Of a stretch of DNA of 64,000 bases, positions 56,948 to 64,000 are shown piece after piece. The position numbers were made by a program, and so were the translations under genes. This DNA comes from a virus, in IMG/VR virus record IMGVR_UViG_3300030329_006012, positions 126,226-190,225 of that record, one strand, 5' to 3'. The notes under the pieces were generated by a model, which saw only the letters and a list, made by a program, of their open reading frames with translations, was not told the DNA's origin and made no database searches. The number at the start of each line of letters is the position of its first letter. The first letter of the stretch is position 1.

Positions 56948-57127
56948 ATGCAAATAGATTTAACAAAGGTTGCCACAGCACTTATCACAACTTTAGTTGT
57001 CGGAGTCATGACATATCAACTAACAACAATCCGCCAACTTGAGATTGATAACGAACTCATTAAGATTCGCTTAGAGTACGTCGAGAAAAAGCTAAAAAAA
57101 GCCAAAAAAGGCCCTAAAAAACCCTAA
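56948..57127 (+). CDS. Small TM + coiled-coil protein
   Basis: One TM helix, then basic coiled coil. Confidence 0.55.
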   Translation: MQIDLTKVATALITTLVVGVMTYQLTTIRQLEIDNELIKIRLEYVEKKLKKAKKGPKKP

Positions 57128-57129
57128 TA

Positions 57130-57142
57130 AAATCAACTACTT
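57130..57142 (+). promoter_or_regulatory. IHF-consensus site
   Basis: AATCAACTACTTA matches WATCAANNNNTTR; ~95 bp upstream of a strong promoter. Confidence 0.55.
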
Positions 57143-57234
57143 ACGTACCATCCTTAACTACCTGTTTTTATTACACTTTTTCTCCTCGTAACACGCCGCG
57201 TCAAACTTAAAGCACTACTTTAGCTTTACATCGC

Positions 57235-57263
57235 TTGACACTTTACTTTAACTATGGTAAAAT
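57235..57263 (+). promoter_or_regulatory. Sigma70 promoter
   Basis: TTGACA-17-TAAAAT with TG extension. Confidence 0.8.
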
Positions 57264-57318
57264 GGATACAACTTGAACCTCGTTTGCAATTCCGCAAACG
57301 AATAAAAGGAGAAAAACT

Positions 57319-57957
57319 ATGAAAAAAGCACTATTAGCGACCGTTATGGCGTTTTTGGTAAGTGGCGTGAGTTATGCAGACGAATTACGTTTGGAAGCTG
57401 GCGCATCCGCGAAGCTTGGCGATAATACGCTCACTGTTGAAGAGCAAACTCGTCATGATCTAAGCATTAGTGAAGACATGGTAACAAAGGCAGCTCCCTA
57501 TGAGCATACCGTGTTCGCAATCGGACGAGCCTTGGGCGACAATAATGCCGTTCAATTCCGTGTTCGAAACACAAACACTAATGGTACATCTGAGAACCGT
57601 TTATCTTTAGATTTAAACACCAGTGTATCTTTGCCTTATGGAATCGGGCTGCAGAATCGTTTACGATTGCAACTTGATGAAACCGGTGACATCACTACGG
57701 TTACTACTGATGACTTGCGTCTTCGTGAGCAAATCTCAGTAACTCGTACTGTTGCATTACCGTTTGTCAGCTTAGACCTCGCCGTGGGTGATGAAATCCA
57801 TGCCGATGCTAGTGGCATTACTGAGAACCGCATTCAAGCTTCTGCAACTACAGAGGTTTGTCCCGGTGTAACAGCGACAGCAGGATACTTCCGTCAGATG
57901 ATGACAGAAGGCGATGACGCAAATGTGGTCACGTTATCTGCTGCATTACGATTCTAA
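57319..57957 (+). CDS. Outer-membrane beta-barrel protein (DUF2490-like)
   Basis: Signal peptide ending SYA; alternating strands; terminal Phe (LSAALRF); AAGGAG SD. Confidence 0.7.
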   Translation: MKKALLATVMAFLVSGVSYADELRLEAGASAKLGDNTLTVEEQTRHDLSISEDMVTKAAPYEHTVFAIGRALGDNNAVQFRVRNTNTNGTSENRLSLDLNTSVSLPYGIGLQNRLRLQLDETGDITTVTTDDLRLREQISVTRTVALPFVSLDLAVGDEIHADASGITENRIQASATTEVCPGVTATAGYFRQMMTEGDDANVVTLSAALRF

Positions 57958-57980
57958 ACCGAATCAACAATGAATTAAGA

Positions 57981-58007
57981 AAGAGCCCCTCGTGGGCTCT
58001 TTTTTTT
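57981..58007 (+). terminator. Intrinsic terminator
   Basis: AAGAGCCC-CTCGT-GGGCTCTT then T run. Confidence 0.9.
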
Positions 58008-58034
58008 GACAAAGCCCTACCTATGTGCTATAAT
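58006..58034 (+). promoter_or_regulatory. Consensus sigma70 promoter
   Basis: TTGACA-17-TATAAT with TG extension, overlapping the terminator T-tract. Confidence 0.85.
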
Positions 58035-58052
58035 GTTGACAGGAGGTGTAGC

Positions 58053-59426
58053 ATGAGCCTAGTTTTATTAAATGATAATCAACACCTGAAGCCTATTGTT
58101 TCTCCCGAAAGTTTGGAGTGGCGAAATCTGCGCCGTGATGCCTTCTGGCAGAACATTCCTGCTTGGCGGGAAGTAGATGAAGAAACTTTTTTAAATTATA
58201 AATGGCAAGAAAAGAATGCCATCACCAATCCGAAGAAGCTCATCGCTGCAGTGCAAGATATTGCATCTCCAGAATTCATTGCCGACGTGGAAGCTGGTTT
58301 TGGCCACGCTCCAATGGCGGTTAGAATATCTCCTTATCTTCTGGGCCTCATAGACTGGGAAAACCCATATACCGACCCCATCCGGCGACAATTCCTTCCT
58401 CTAGGCTCTCAGCTTGAACCAGACCACCCCATGTTGACGCTAGACTCCCTCCACGAGCAAGCAGACGCCCCTGTGGAGGGCTTAACTCATCGATACCCTG
58501 ACAAGGCCCTGTTCCTCGCTCTCGACACCTGTCCGGTGTACTGTCGCTTCTGTACGCGCTCTTATGCGGTTGGCCTAGATACCGATACCGTTGAGAAGGT
58601 GAGCCTCAAAGCAAGTCAGGAGAGATGGGGTGCAGCTTTAAAATATATCTCAGAAAGAAAAGAAATTGAAGACGTTGTGATTAGTGGCGGAGATATGTAT
58701 CGACTGAAGCCATCACAGGTTCTTGAACTAGGAAACGCTCTGCTTGACATTCCTCACATCCGACGATTTCGCTTTGCCACCAAGGGAATAGCAATTCAGC
58801 CGATGAAGATCCTCACGGACACCGATTGGACCGATGCAGTGACGAAGGTTTTTGAGCGAGGCCGAAAGATGCACAAGGATGTTGTCATTCACACGCACTT
58901 TAATACACCAAACGAAGTTACAGGAATTTCTCAGGATGCAATGAATTTATTGTTTGAAAGAGGTATCACTGTCAGAAACCAAGCAGTGCTTCAGGCAGGA
59001 GTGAACGATACCCCAGAACTTATGATGGACTTAATCAGGAAATTAGGATACATCAATGTGCAGCCTTATTATGTTTATGTTCACGACTTGGTTCAGGGAA
59101 CCGAGGACTTGAGAACAACGGTTCAGACTTCTCTTGACTTGGAGAAGGAAGTGCGAGGAATGACTGCTGGATTTAACATCCCTTTGTTTATTGTTGATAC
59201 CCTCGGCGGCGGCGGAAAAAGAGACATCCACAGCTACGAGCATTACAATCGGGAGACTGGAATTTCTGTCTACAAAGCGCCAGCAGTAAAGCGAGATAAG
59301 TTGTTTACTTATTTGGATCCGCTCCGCACATTGTCGCCATCTGTTCGTGCCGATTGGCAAGACCCCAACAAAAGAGAACAAATGCTTGCCGCTGCATTCG
59401 AGGAAGCAAGGAAAAACTCAAAATAG
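58053..59426 (+). CDS. kamA: Lysine 2,3-aminomutase family radical SAM enzyme
   Basis: THRYPDK, CPVYCRFCTR, SGGD, HTHFN, NQAVL, PYY...D; AGGAGG SD gives start 58053. Confidence 0.92.
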   Translation: MSLVLLNDNQHLKPIVSPESLEWRNLRRDAFWQNIPAWREVDEETFLNYKWQEKNAITNPKKLIAAVQDIASPEFIADVEAGFGHAPMAVRISPYLLGLIDWENPYTDPIRRQFLPLGSQLEPDHPMLTLDSLHEQADAPVEGLTHRYPDKALFLALDTCPVYCRFCTRSYAVGLDTDTVEKVSLKASQERWGAALKYISERKEIEDVVISGGDMYRLKPSQVLELGNALLDIPHIRRFRFATKGIAIQPMKILTDTDWTDAVTKVFERGRKMHKDVVIHTHFNTPNEVTGISQDAMNLLFERGITVRNQAVLQAGVNDTPELMMDLIRKLGYINVQPYYVYVHDLVQGTEDLRTTVQTSLDLEKEVRGMTAGFNIPLFIVDTLGGGGKRDIHSYEHYNRETGISVYKAPAVKRDKLFTYLDPLRTLSPSVRADWQDPNKREQMLAAAFEEARKNSK

Positions 59427-59503
59427 TGCTTTTAATTAAATAAAAAATGTGCTAAAATGATCTCTCGCTATTAATTATAACCGCTTAATAAAGGAGATCC
59501 ATT

Positions 59504-59677
59504 ATGCCCAATTCACCCACCACATCGCTAACCAAAGAAGAAGCCCTTTTATATATCTCAAGGCTTCACGAAAACCAGATGGTAAAAATTGTTTTAGTTT
59601 CAAGTGAGAGCAAGAGGGAAAACAAACAGTTGTTGGTGGAGAATCAAAAATGGGATTATGGATGCTATAAGGATTAA
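59504..59677 (+). CDS. Hypothetical protein (57 aa)
   Basis: AAGGAG SD; not in ORF track. Confidence 0.55.
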   Translation: MPNSPTTSLTKEEALLYISRLHENQMVKIVLVSSESKRENKQLLVENQKWDYGCYKD

Positions 59678-59680
59678 AAA

Positions 59681-59947
59681 ATGAAAAAGTTGCTTTTATT
59701 TAGTTTGCCTGCATTATTCGCATGCGGCACAGACGCACCGGTTCAGAATGAATCGTTCGCCGCCCAAGAGGTGTTTATTTCCCGCACAGCTGTATGTGAA
59801 AACTTAGATGCATCAGTAAGAGAGGACATGGATGCAGGAGAGTATGAGAAACTCTGCGGACATCCAAAGGTCTGTGAGGAGTTCGAGGCCGAAATGGTCT
59901 GTGAGGGAGAGTGGTGTGTTATTCATCGCTCGTGTCGGGTGAAGTAG
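59681..59947 (+). CDS. Cys-rich lipoprotein
   Basis: Lipobox LFAC; multiple Cys. Confidence 0.7.
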   Translation: MKKLLLFSLPALFACGTDAPVQNESFAAQEVFISRTAVCENLDASVREDMDAGEYEKLCGHPKVCEEFEAEMVCEGEWCVIHRSCRVK

Positions 59948-60596
59948 CCCTTATCTTGAGACCTAATTGGGATTGGATCTTTTTTTCAATAGAGTTTCGA
60001 CTAACGCCTTCAGAATGATACCATATCCACTCAACAGTACTTTTTATTTCACTAATGTCTTCTTGAAGCATTAGTATTTTGCTAGACAGCCATTCGGTTT
60101 CTTTGGTTGCATCTATTTTTATACTTATGCCAAGCTCATAGGCGATTTCTAGAAGTGCCATACCATCCCCTAGCTCTGCAGCATTGGCAGCTTCTTTATA
60201 TAGTTCTGTGAGCACCTCTATCTCGTCTTCATCTTCATCTTTTAGTTTATCGGGATGGGTCTTAATCGCTATTTTCTTAAATAGGTCTCGAAGGTCTTTA
60301 TCTTCTGGCAAGATTTCTTCGTGCTCCTCTCGGTTTAAGTCCCGCTCTTCCTCTTTTTCTCTCTCTATTTCATCGAAGCCTCTGTGTGATTCCGTAATCT
60401 TGTCGCTATCTGGCTCTACGATTTCTTGACGACCAGTTTCAAACCTCTTGTTGAAGTGGCCCATGCATTCTTCCAATATTATTTCCGATTCCAAAAGTTC
60501 TGCAGATGTGGCTTGAAATTGTAGTCGCATCCTCTTGAGGGTTATCTCGTCCCTCTTTTTGCCTCGTGATTTTTTGTTTTTAATTTTTCGAACCAT
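59919..60596 (-). CDS. J-domain (DnaJ-like) protein
   Basis: LRDLFKKIAIKTHPDKL with HPD motif. Confidence 0.75.
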   Translation of the reverse strand: MVRKIKNKKSRGKKRDEITLKRMRLQFQATSAELLESEIILEECMGHFNKRFETGRQEIVEPDSDKITESHRGFDEIEREKEEERDLNREEHEEILPEDKDLRDLFKKIAIKTHPDKLKDEDEDEIEVLTELYKEAANAAELGDGMALLEIAYELGISIKIDATKETEWLSSKILMLQEDISEIKSTVEWIWYHSEGVSRNSIEKKIQSQLGLKIRATSPDTSDE

Positions 60597-60605
60597 TTTG
60601 GCCCC

Positions 60606-61301
60606 CTAATCTTGAGGGACAGATGCTCTTAAGAAATTCTTTAGTTTTTCAAATGGTACAGAAAGTGTTATGTGATGAAACCGCGAATGAATAGCCCAGA
60701 CCATTCCAACGAGTTTTCCTCTTGAATTAATAATGGGAGATCCAGAACTACCTGGGTTGGCGGGGAGAGAATATATATCTGCATCGGGATTATGAAACCC
60801 ATCTCCCTTTAACACTCCTGAATAAAATCCCTCAAAAAGCATTACCAAATCTTCTCCGAACACTCCTTGGGGCGCAGCCATATTATAAACTTTTTCCCCA
60901 ATATCAGGTTTCGTCAGGGCCATGCCAATAGCTTTGACTGGCAACTTTGGCGCCGATAAAACACATGCATCCATGTGGTTGCTTTTTGCCACCACTTTAG
61001 TTTGTACAGATTGTGACTTTTGTGTGTGTGCGTCAATAACATCAATATATCCCTTGGCTTCTTCGTCACAGAAGTGCCTCGCAGTCAAAATATATGATTT
61101 ACCGTTGTGATGTGCAATAACTGCACCGGAAGCAGTTGCCATTCCAACCATCTGTTTTTCCTGTGTGAAAATCATTTTTGTGAGACCAACAAAGGATTTC
61201 CTTCGCTGCTCTAGTAGGTTTTTGGTAAAAAGATTTGTGAATGCACAGCTGGACAGAAGCAAAACGGCTGATAAAACTGATACATAGATAGTTTTTCTCA
61301 T
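60606..61301 (-). CDS. Trypsin-like serine protease (exported, possible lipoprotein)
   Basis: ILTARHFC, DACVL, PGSSGSPI; LLLSSC lipobox-like N-terminus. Confidence 0.88.
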   Translation of the reverse strand: MRKTIYVSVLSAVLLLSSCAFTNLFTKNLLEQRRKSFVGLTKMIFTQEKQMVGMATASGAVIAHHNGKSYILTARHFCDEEAKGYIDVIDAHTQKSQSVQTKVVAKSNHMDACVLSAPKLPVKAIGMALTKPDIGEKVYNMAAPQGVFGEDLVMLFEGFYSGVLKGDGFHNPDADIYSLPANPGSSGSPIINSRGKLVGMVWAIHSRFHHITLSVPFEKLKNFLRASVPQD

Positions 61302-61408
61302 AAAAGTAAGTATGCAGAGATAACAATAAAAGTAAAACTTATCTTAAAAAGATCGATAAAACTACTTATTTGATAGAAAGTTATGGATAAAATCGAAAGA
61401 AGATTCTT

Positions 61409-62728
61409 ATGAAAAAGAGTATCTACGTTTTAGATACAAGTGTTTTCCTTACAAATGCAAATTCCGTATTCTCTTACGGAACAAACGACATTGTGGTTCC
61501 TATGAAGGTGTTGGAGGAGATCGACAAACATAAAAAGAGGCAAGACTCTGTTGGCTCAAATGCCAGAACTATAATTAGAATCTTTGATGATCTGAGAGAA
61601 AGAGGCTCCTTGTATGATGGAGTACAAATTCAGGAAGGCCACGGAATTCTAACAGTAAGGCCGAGCGCAATTGATATCAACGCCTATTTGCCGGATGATT
61701 TATCCCCTGACGTTCCAGATCACAGAATTATCGCCACTGCAATGCAAGAGAGGGAAAAATGCCCAGACAACGATATAACGCTTGTATCGCGAGACGTAAA
61801 CATGCGTGTCATCTGTGACTCACTGGGACTTCCGACAGAGGATTATAACCCAGATCAGGTTCTTGAGTCTGGAGAAGAGGTCTATACTGGGTTCACAGAG
61901 AAGCTCGTCGACGATGATAAAATAGATTTGTTTTATGCCGGCGATGATCTGAAACTAACGGAAGAGGAGCTGTCCTCCTTTCAGCCAAACCAGTTCATTA
62001 TGTTAAAGTCGAATGTCAACGAGTCCAGAACAGCTTTAACGAGATTTATTTCGGCCAACGAGCCACTTAGGAAGATTGTCACTAAAAAAAATATACACGG
62101 AATCCACCCACGAAACAAAGAGCAGCAATTCGCGATGGATCTACTGTTTGACAAGTCTCTTCCGATAGTGAGCTTAATTGGCTCTGCTGGGACAGGGAAA
62201 ACTTTGTGTGCACTGGCTGCAGGAATGGAGCAGGTGTTAGGAACAGAGGAGTACACACGCCTTATAGTCTCCAGACCAATCCAACCACTTGGGAAAGAAA
62301 TCGGCTTTCTCCCAGGAACAATGGAGGAGAAGATGGCACCGTGGCTCACTCCGATTCAAGACAATTTACAATTCTTGATGGGAAACGACAAGTTAATGCT
62401 TCAAGAATACCTAGATCGGGGAACAATCGAAATGGAGGCGATCACATACATAAGGGGTAGATCGATCTCCAAAGCGTTTATTATTATTGACGAGGCCCAA
62501 AATTTAACAAGACACGAATTAAAGACTATAATAACGAGAGTAGGCGAGGATTCTAAGTTAATATTGACTGGAGACATAGAACAAATAGATAATGTTTATG
62601 TTGATGAGACATCAAACGGGCTAACTTATGCTGTTGAGAAATTCAAGGAATATTCTCTTGGCGGCCACGTCACCTTTAGAAAGGGCGAGAGGAGCGAGAT
62701 TGCTACTTTGGCAGCAAAAATATTATGA
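61409..62728 (+). CDS. phoH: PIN-domain PhoH-family ATPase
   Basis: YVLDTSV PIN motif, GSAGTGKT, YIRGRSI, IIIDEAQN, GDIEQID. Confidence 0.93.
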   Translation: MKKSIYVLDTSVFLTNANSVFSYGTNDIVVPMKVLEEIDKHKKRQDSVGSNARTIIRIFDDLRERGSLYDGVQIQEGHGILTVRPSAIDINAYLPDDLSPDVPDHRIIATAMQEREKCPDNDITLVSRDVNMRVICDSLGLPTEDYNPDQVLESGEEVYTGFTEKLVDDDKIDLFYAGDDLKLTEEELSSFQPNQFIMLKSNVNESRTALTRFISANEPLRKIVTKKNIHGIHPRNKEQQFAMDLLFDKSLPIVSLIGSAGTGKTLCALAAGMEQVLGTEEYTRLIVSRPIQPLGKEIGFLPGTMEEKMAPWLTPIQDNLQFLMGNDKLMLQEYLDRGTIEMEAITYIRGRSISKAFIIIDEAQNLTRHELKTIITRVGEDSKLILTGDIEQIDNVYVDETSNGLTYAVEKFKEYSLGGHVTFRKGERSEIATLAAKIL

Positions 62729-63378
62729 TTCCACTTAGAGACAAAAAAGAACTCCTCATGTATAATAAGATTCCGGTATTCATAGAGGACAAGCCGGTAT
62801 TTGATGCGAAGCGAACGATTAGTGCTGTAGAAAAGAGAGTTCCCGATTTCCTCGTTTCAGAGCTGGATTACATTCTTATAACAGACTCTACATACTTGAA
62901 GGAGAGAGACCTGGACTCAGTTTATCTGGATGGTGTTATATATTTGTCCTCGGAAGTACAGGATGGAGAAGAGGCAGCCCTAACGCTGGCCCACGAGATA
63001 GCACATTCTGTAGAGGAGTTATTTCCTCAGATTTACCAAGATGAGTCAATTGAGGCTGAGTTTCTTGGAAAACGAAGAAAGCTTTATGAAATTTTATCTT
63101 CTATGGGGATTGAAAACACCGGCCAAGACTTCTTAAATGCAGAATATTGTGAAAAGTTTGATGATTTTCTCTATTTAGAAATAGGGTATCCTTTACTGAG
63201 GAGCCTGACATCAGGTTTATTTATGTCCCCGTATGCCGTAACTTCGGTTAGGGAATATTTTGCCGATGCTTTTGAGGAGTATTTTTTTAGAGATCCGGCA
63301 ACAGTCAAATTGATAAGCCCATCGGTTTATTTTAAAATAGAAGATTTGCTTGATAATTTGGGAGAAAAGCACGTATGA
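62725..63378 (+). CDS. Zincin-like metallopeptidase-domain protein
   Basis: LAHEIAHSVE, YAVTSVREYFA. Confidence 0.65.
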   Translation: MIPLRDKKELLMYNKIPVFIEDKPVFDAKRTISAVEKRVPDFLVSELDYILITDSTYLKERDLDSVYLDGVIYLSSEVQDGEEAALTLAHEIAHSVEELFPQIYQDESIEAEFLGKRRKLYEILSSMGIENTGQDFLNAEYCEKFDDFLYLEIGYPLLRSLTSGLFMSPYAVTSVREYFADAFEEYFFRDPATVKLISPSVYFKIEDLLDNLGEKHV

Positions 63379-63710
63379 AGAAAGAGATTATAATTGACGA
63401 AAAAAAATCTGAGGTTACGTTATTATTGTCTTTGTCACCAAGAGTTGTAGCCAGAGACCCTAGAATGACCATAACTACCCGCATGGCAAAGACTATGCTA
63501 GAAAATGAGAATTTTAAGCTTGACAATTGTTTAAAATCTGATATAATAGATAATAATAGTGCTAATTCTAAGCACAGCGGGGTGTGGAAATTTTCTTTGA
63601 TTGCCGAGAAGGTCGTTGTAGAGGAGCCGGCCCCAATCAAAGAGACTGTTGCGGTAAAAAAGAAAAAAACCACAACAAAAAAGAAGTCTTCTTCAAAAAA
63701 GAAGGCATGA
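63375..63710 (+). CDS. Hypothetical protein with Lys-rich tail
   Basis: KKKKTTTKKKSSSKKKA. Confidence 0.65.
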   Translation: MKKEIIIDEKKSEVTLLLSLSPRVVARDPRMTITTRMAKTMLENENFKLDNCLKSDIIDNNSANSKHSGVWKFSLIAEKVVVEEPAPIKETVAVKKKKTTTKKKSSSKKKA

Positions 63711-63726
63711 GGAAAGAGAGGGCAGT

Positions 63727-64000
63727 TTGCCACACGTATCATTCTCCGCCATCAAGGATTGGAAGTTCTGTCCGTTTTATCATAAATTAACGAGAGTAGA
63801 TAAGATAAAAGTTTTCGAAGGGAACGTTTTTACCGCCTTCGGCAAGGCAATCCACGATACTTGCGAAAGTATGCTTTTAAGTCGCGAGCTTGGAAAGTCT
63901 GATTTTGATCCGGAACCGTTCTTTAAGAAATGTTTTGATAATGAAGTGTCTCTCCTCAAAGAAGATGTCCAGCCAACAGATAGTCAAAAGGCCGACTTAA
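63727..64000 (+). CDS. PD-(D/E)XK RecB-like nuclease, 3'-truncated
   Basis: TTG start after GAGAGGG; MPHVSFSAIKDWKFCPFYHKL...FGKAIHDTCE; catalytic motif lies beyond the window edge. Confidence 0.7.
   Translation, partial: MPHVSFSAIKDWKFCPFYHKLTRVDKIKVFEGNVFTAFGKAIHDTCESMLLSRELGKSDFDPEPFFKKCFDNEVSLLKEDVQPTDSQKADL

Noticed and set aside
48458-57969. 13-nt match AACCGAATCAACA (48458-70 minus; 57957-69 plus)
   Set aside because: Many chance 13-mer matches are expected in 64 kb on two strands, and the contexts differ
1-64000. CRISPR array or mini-array
   Set aside because: No run of ~25-40-bp direct repeats with unique spacers was seen by eye; repeats found are promoter duplicates or protein modules
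1-64000. tRNA/tmRNA/rRNA genes
   Set aside because: No T-loop GTTCRANYC in a cloverleaf context in the intergenic gaps; tRNAscan was not run
1-64000. Stop-codon reassignment
   Set aside because: Standard code gives full-length conserved enzymes and dense coupling; TAG and TGA end genes at sensible positions
1-64000. Cellular chromosome or eukaryotic giant virus origin
   Set aside because: Tail fibre, strongly co-oriented arrays of tiny SD-led genes and sigma70 promoters fit a bacteriophage; no ribosomal or core cellular operons

Overview
A 64 kb segment of a large (jumbo-type) tailed bacteriophage genome. Genes are dense and almost all on the + strand, with Shine-Dalgarno sites and near-consensus sigma70 promoters. 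No rRNA, tRNA or CRISPR array was seen. Cys-rich lipoproteins, beta-barrel proteins and IHF-consensus sites suggest a Gram-negative host; Myxococcota/Bdellovibrionota is only a guess. Layout: (1) 1-8.3 kb: lytic transglycosylase, DUF2061-CysC fusion, Hsp20, an unannotated Bfd-like ferredoxin, MazG-like protein and a MoxR ATPase/VWA pair. (2) 8.3-25.7 kb: arrays of small genes behind a duplicated early-promoter cassette, about 20 'GDLV' SH3/KOW-like paralogues across the window, a DNA methyltransferase, a promoter-driven ~100-nt structured RNA candidate, a G-quadruplex-prone tract, micro membrane proteins and IscA. (3) 25.7-47.1 kb: virion-type genes, including a 2470-aa tail fibre, HNH nuclease, a 2411-aa modular protein with an ADP-ribosyltransferase-like domain and three WCTA modules, and a ligase-like/HIGH nucleotidyltransferase fusion. 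(4) 47.2-49.2 kb: an inverted ParB-like cassette beside a palindromic AT-rich intergenic region and a Fis-like HTH gene. (5) 49.2-64 kb: Lon, a glycosylation/sulfation operon, a beta-barrel, KamA, J-domain protein, trypsin-like protease, PhoH and a RecB-like nuclease. The strongest candidates for an undescribed system are an apparently complete phage PAPS-dependent glycan-sulfation pathway and a set of probable capsid-packaged proteins sharing a short targeting/cleavage motif. All family assignments come from motif recognition by eye; no database search was run.
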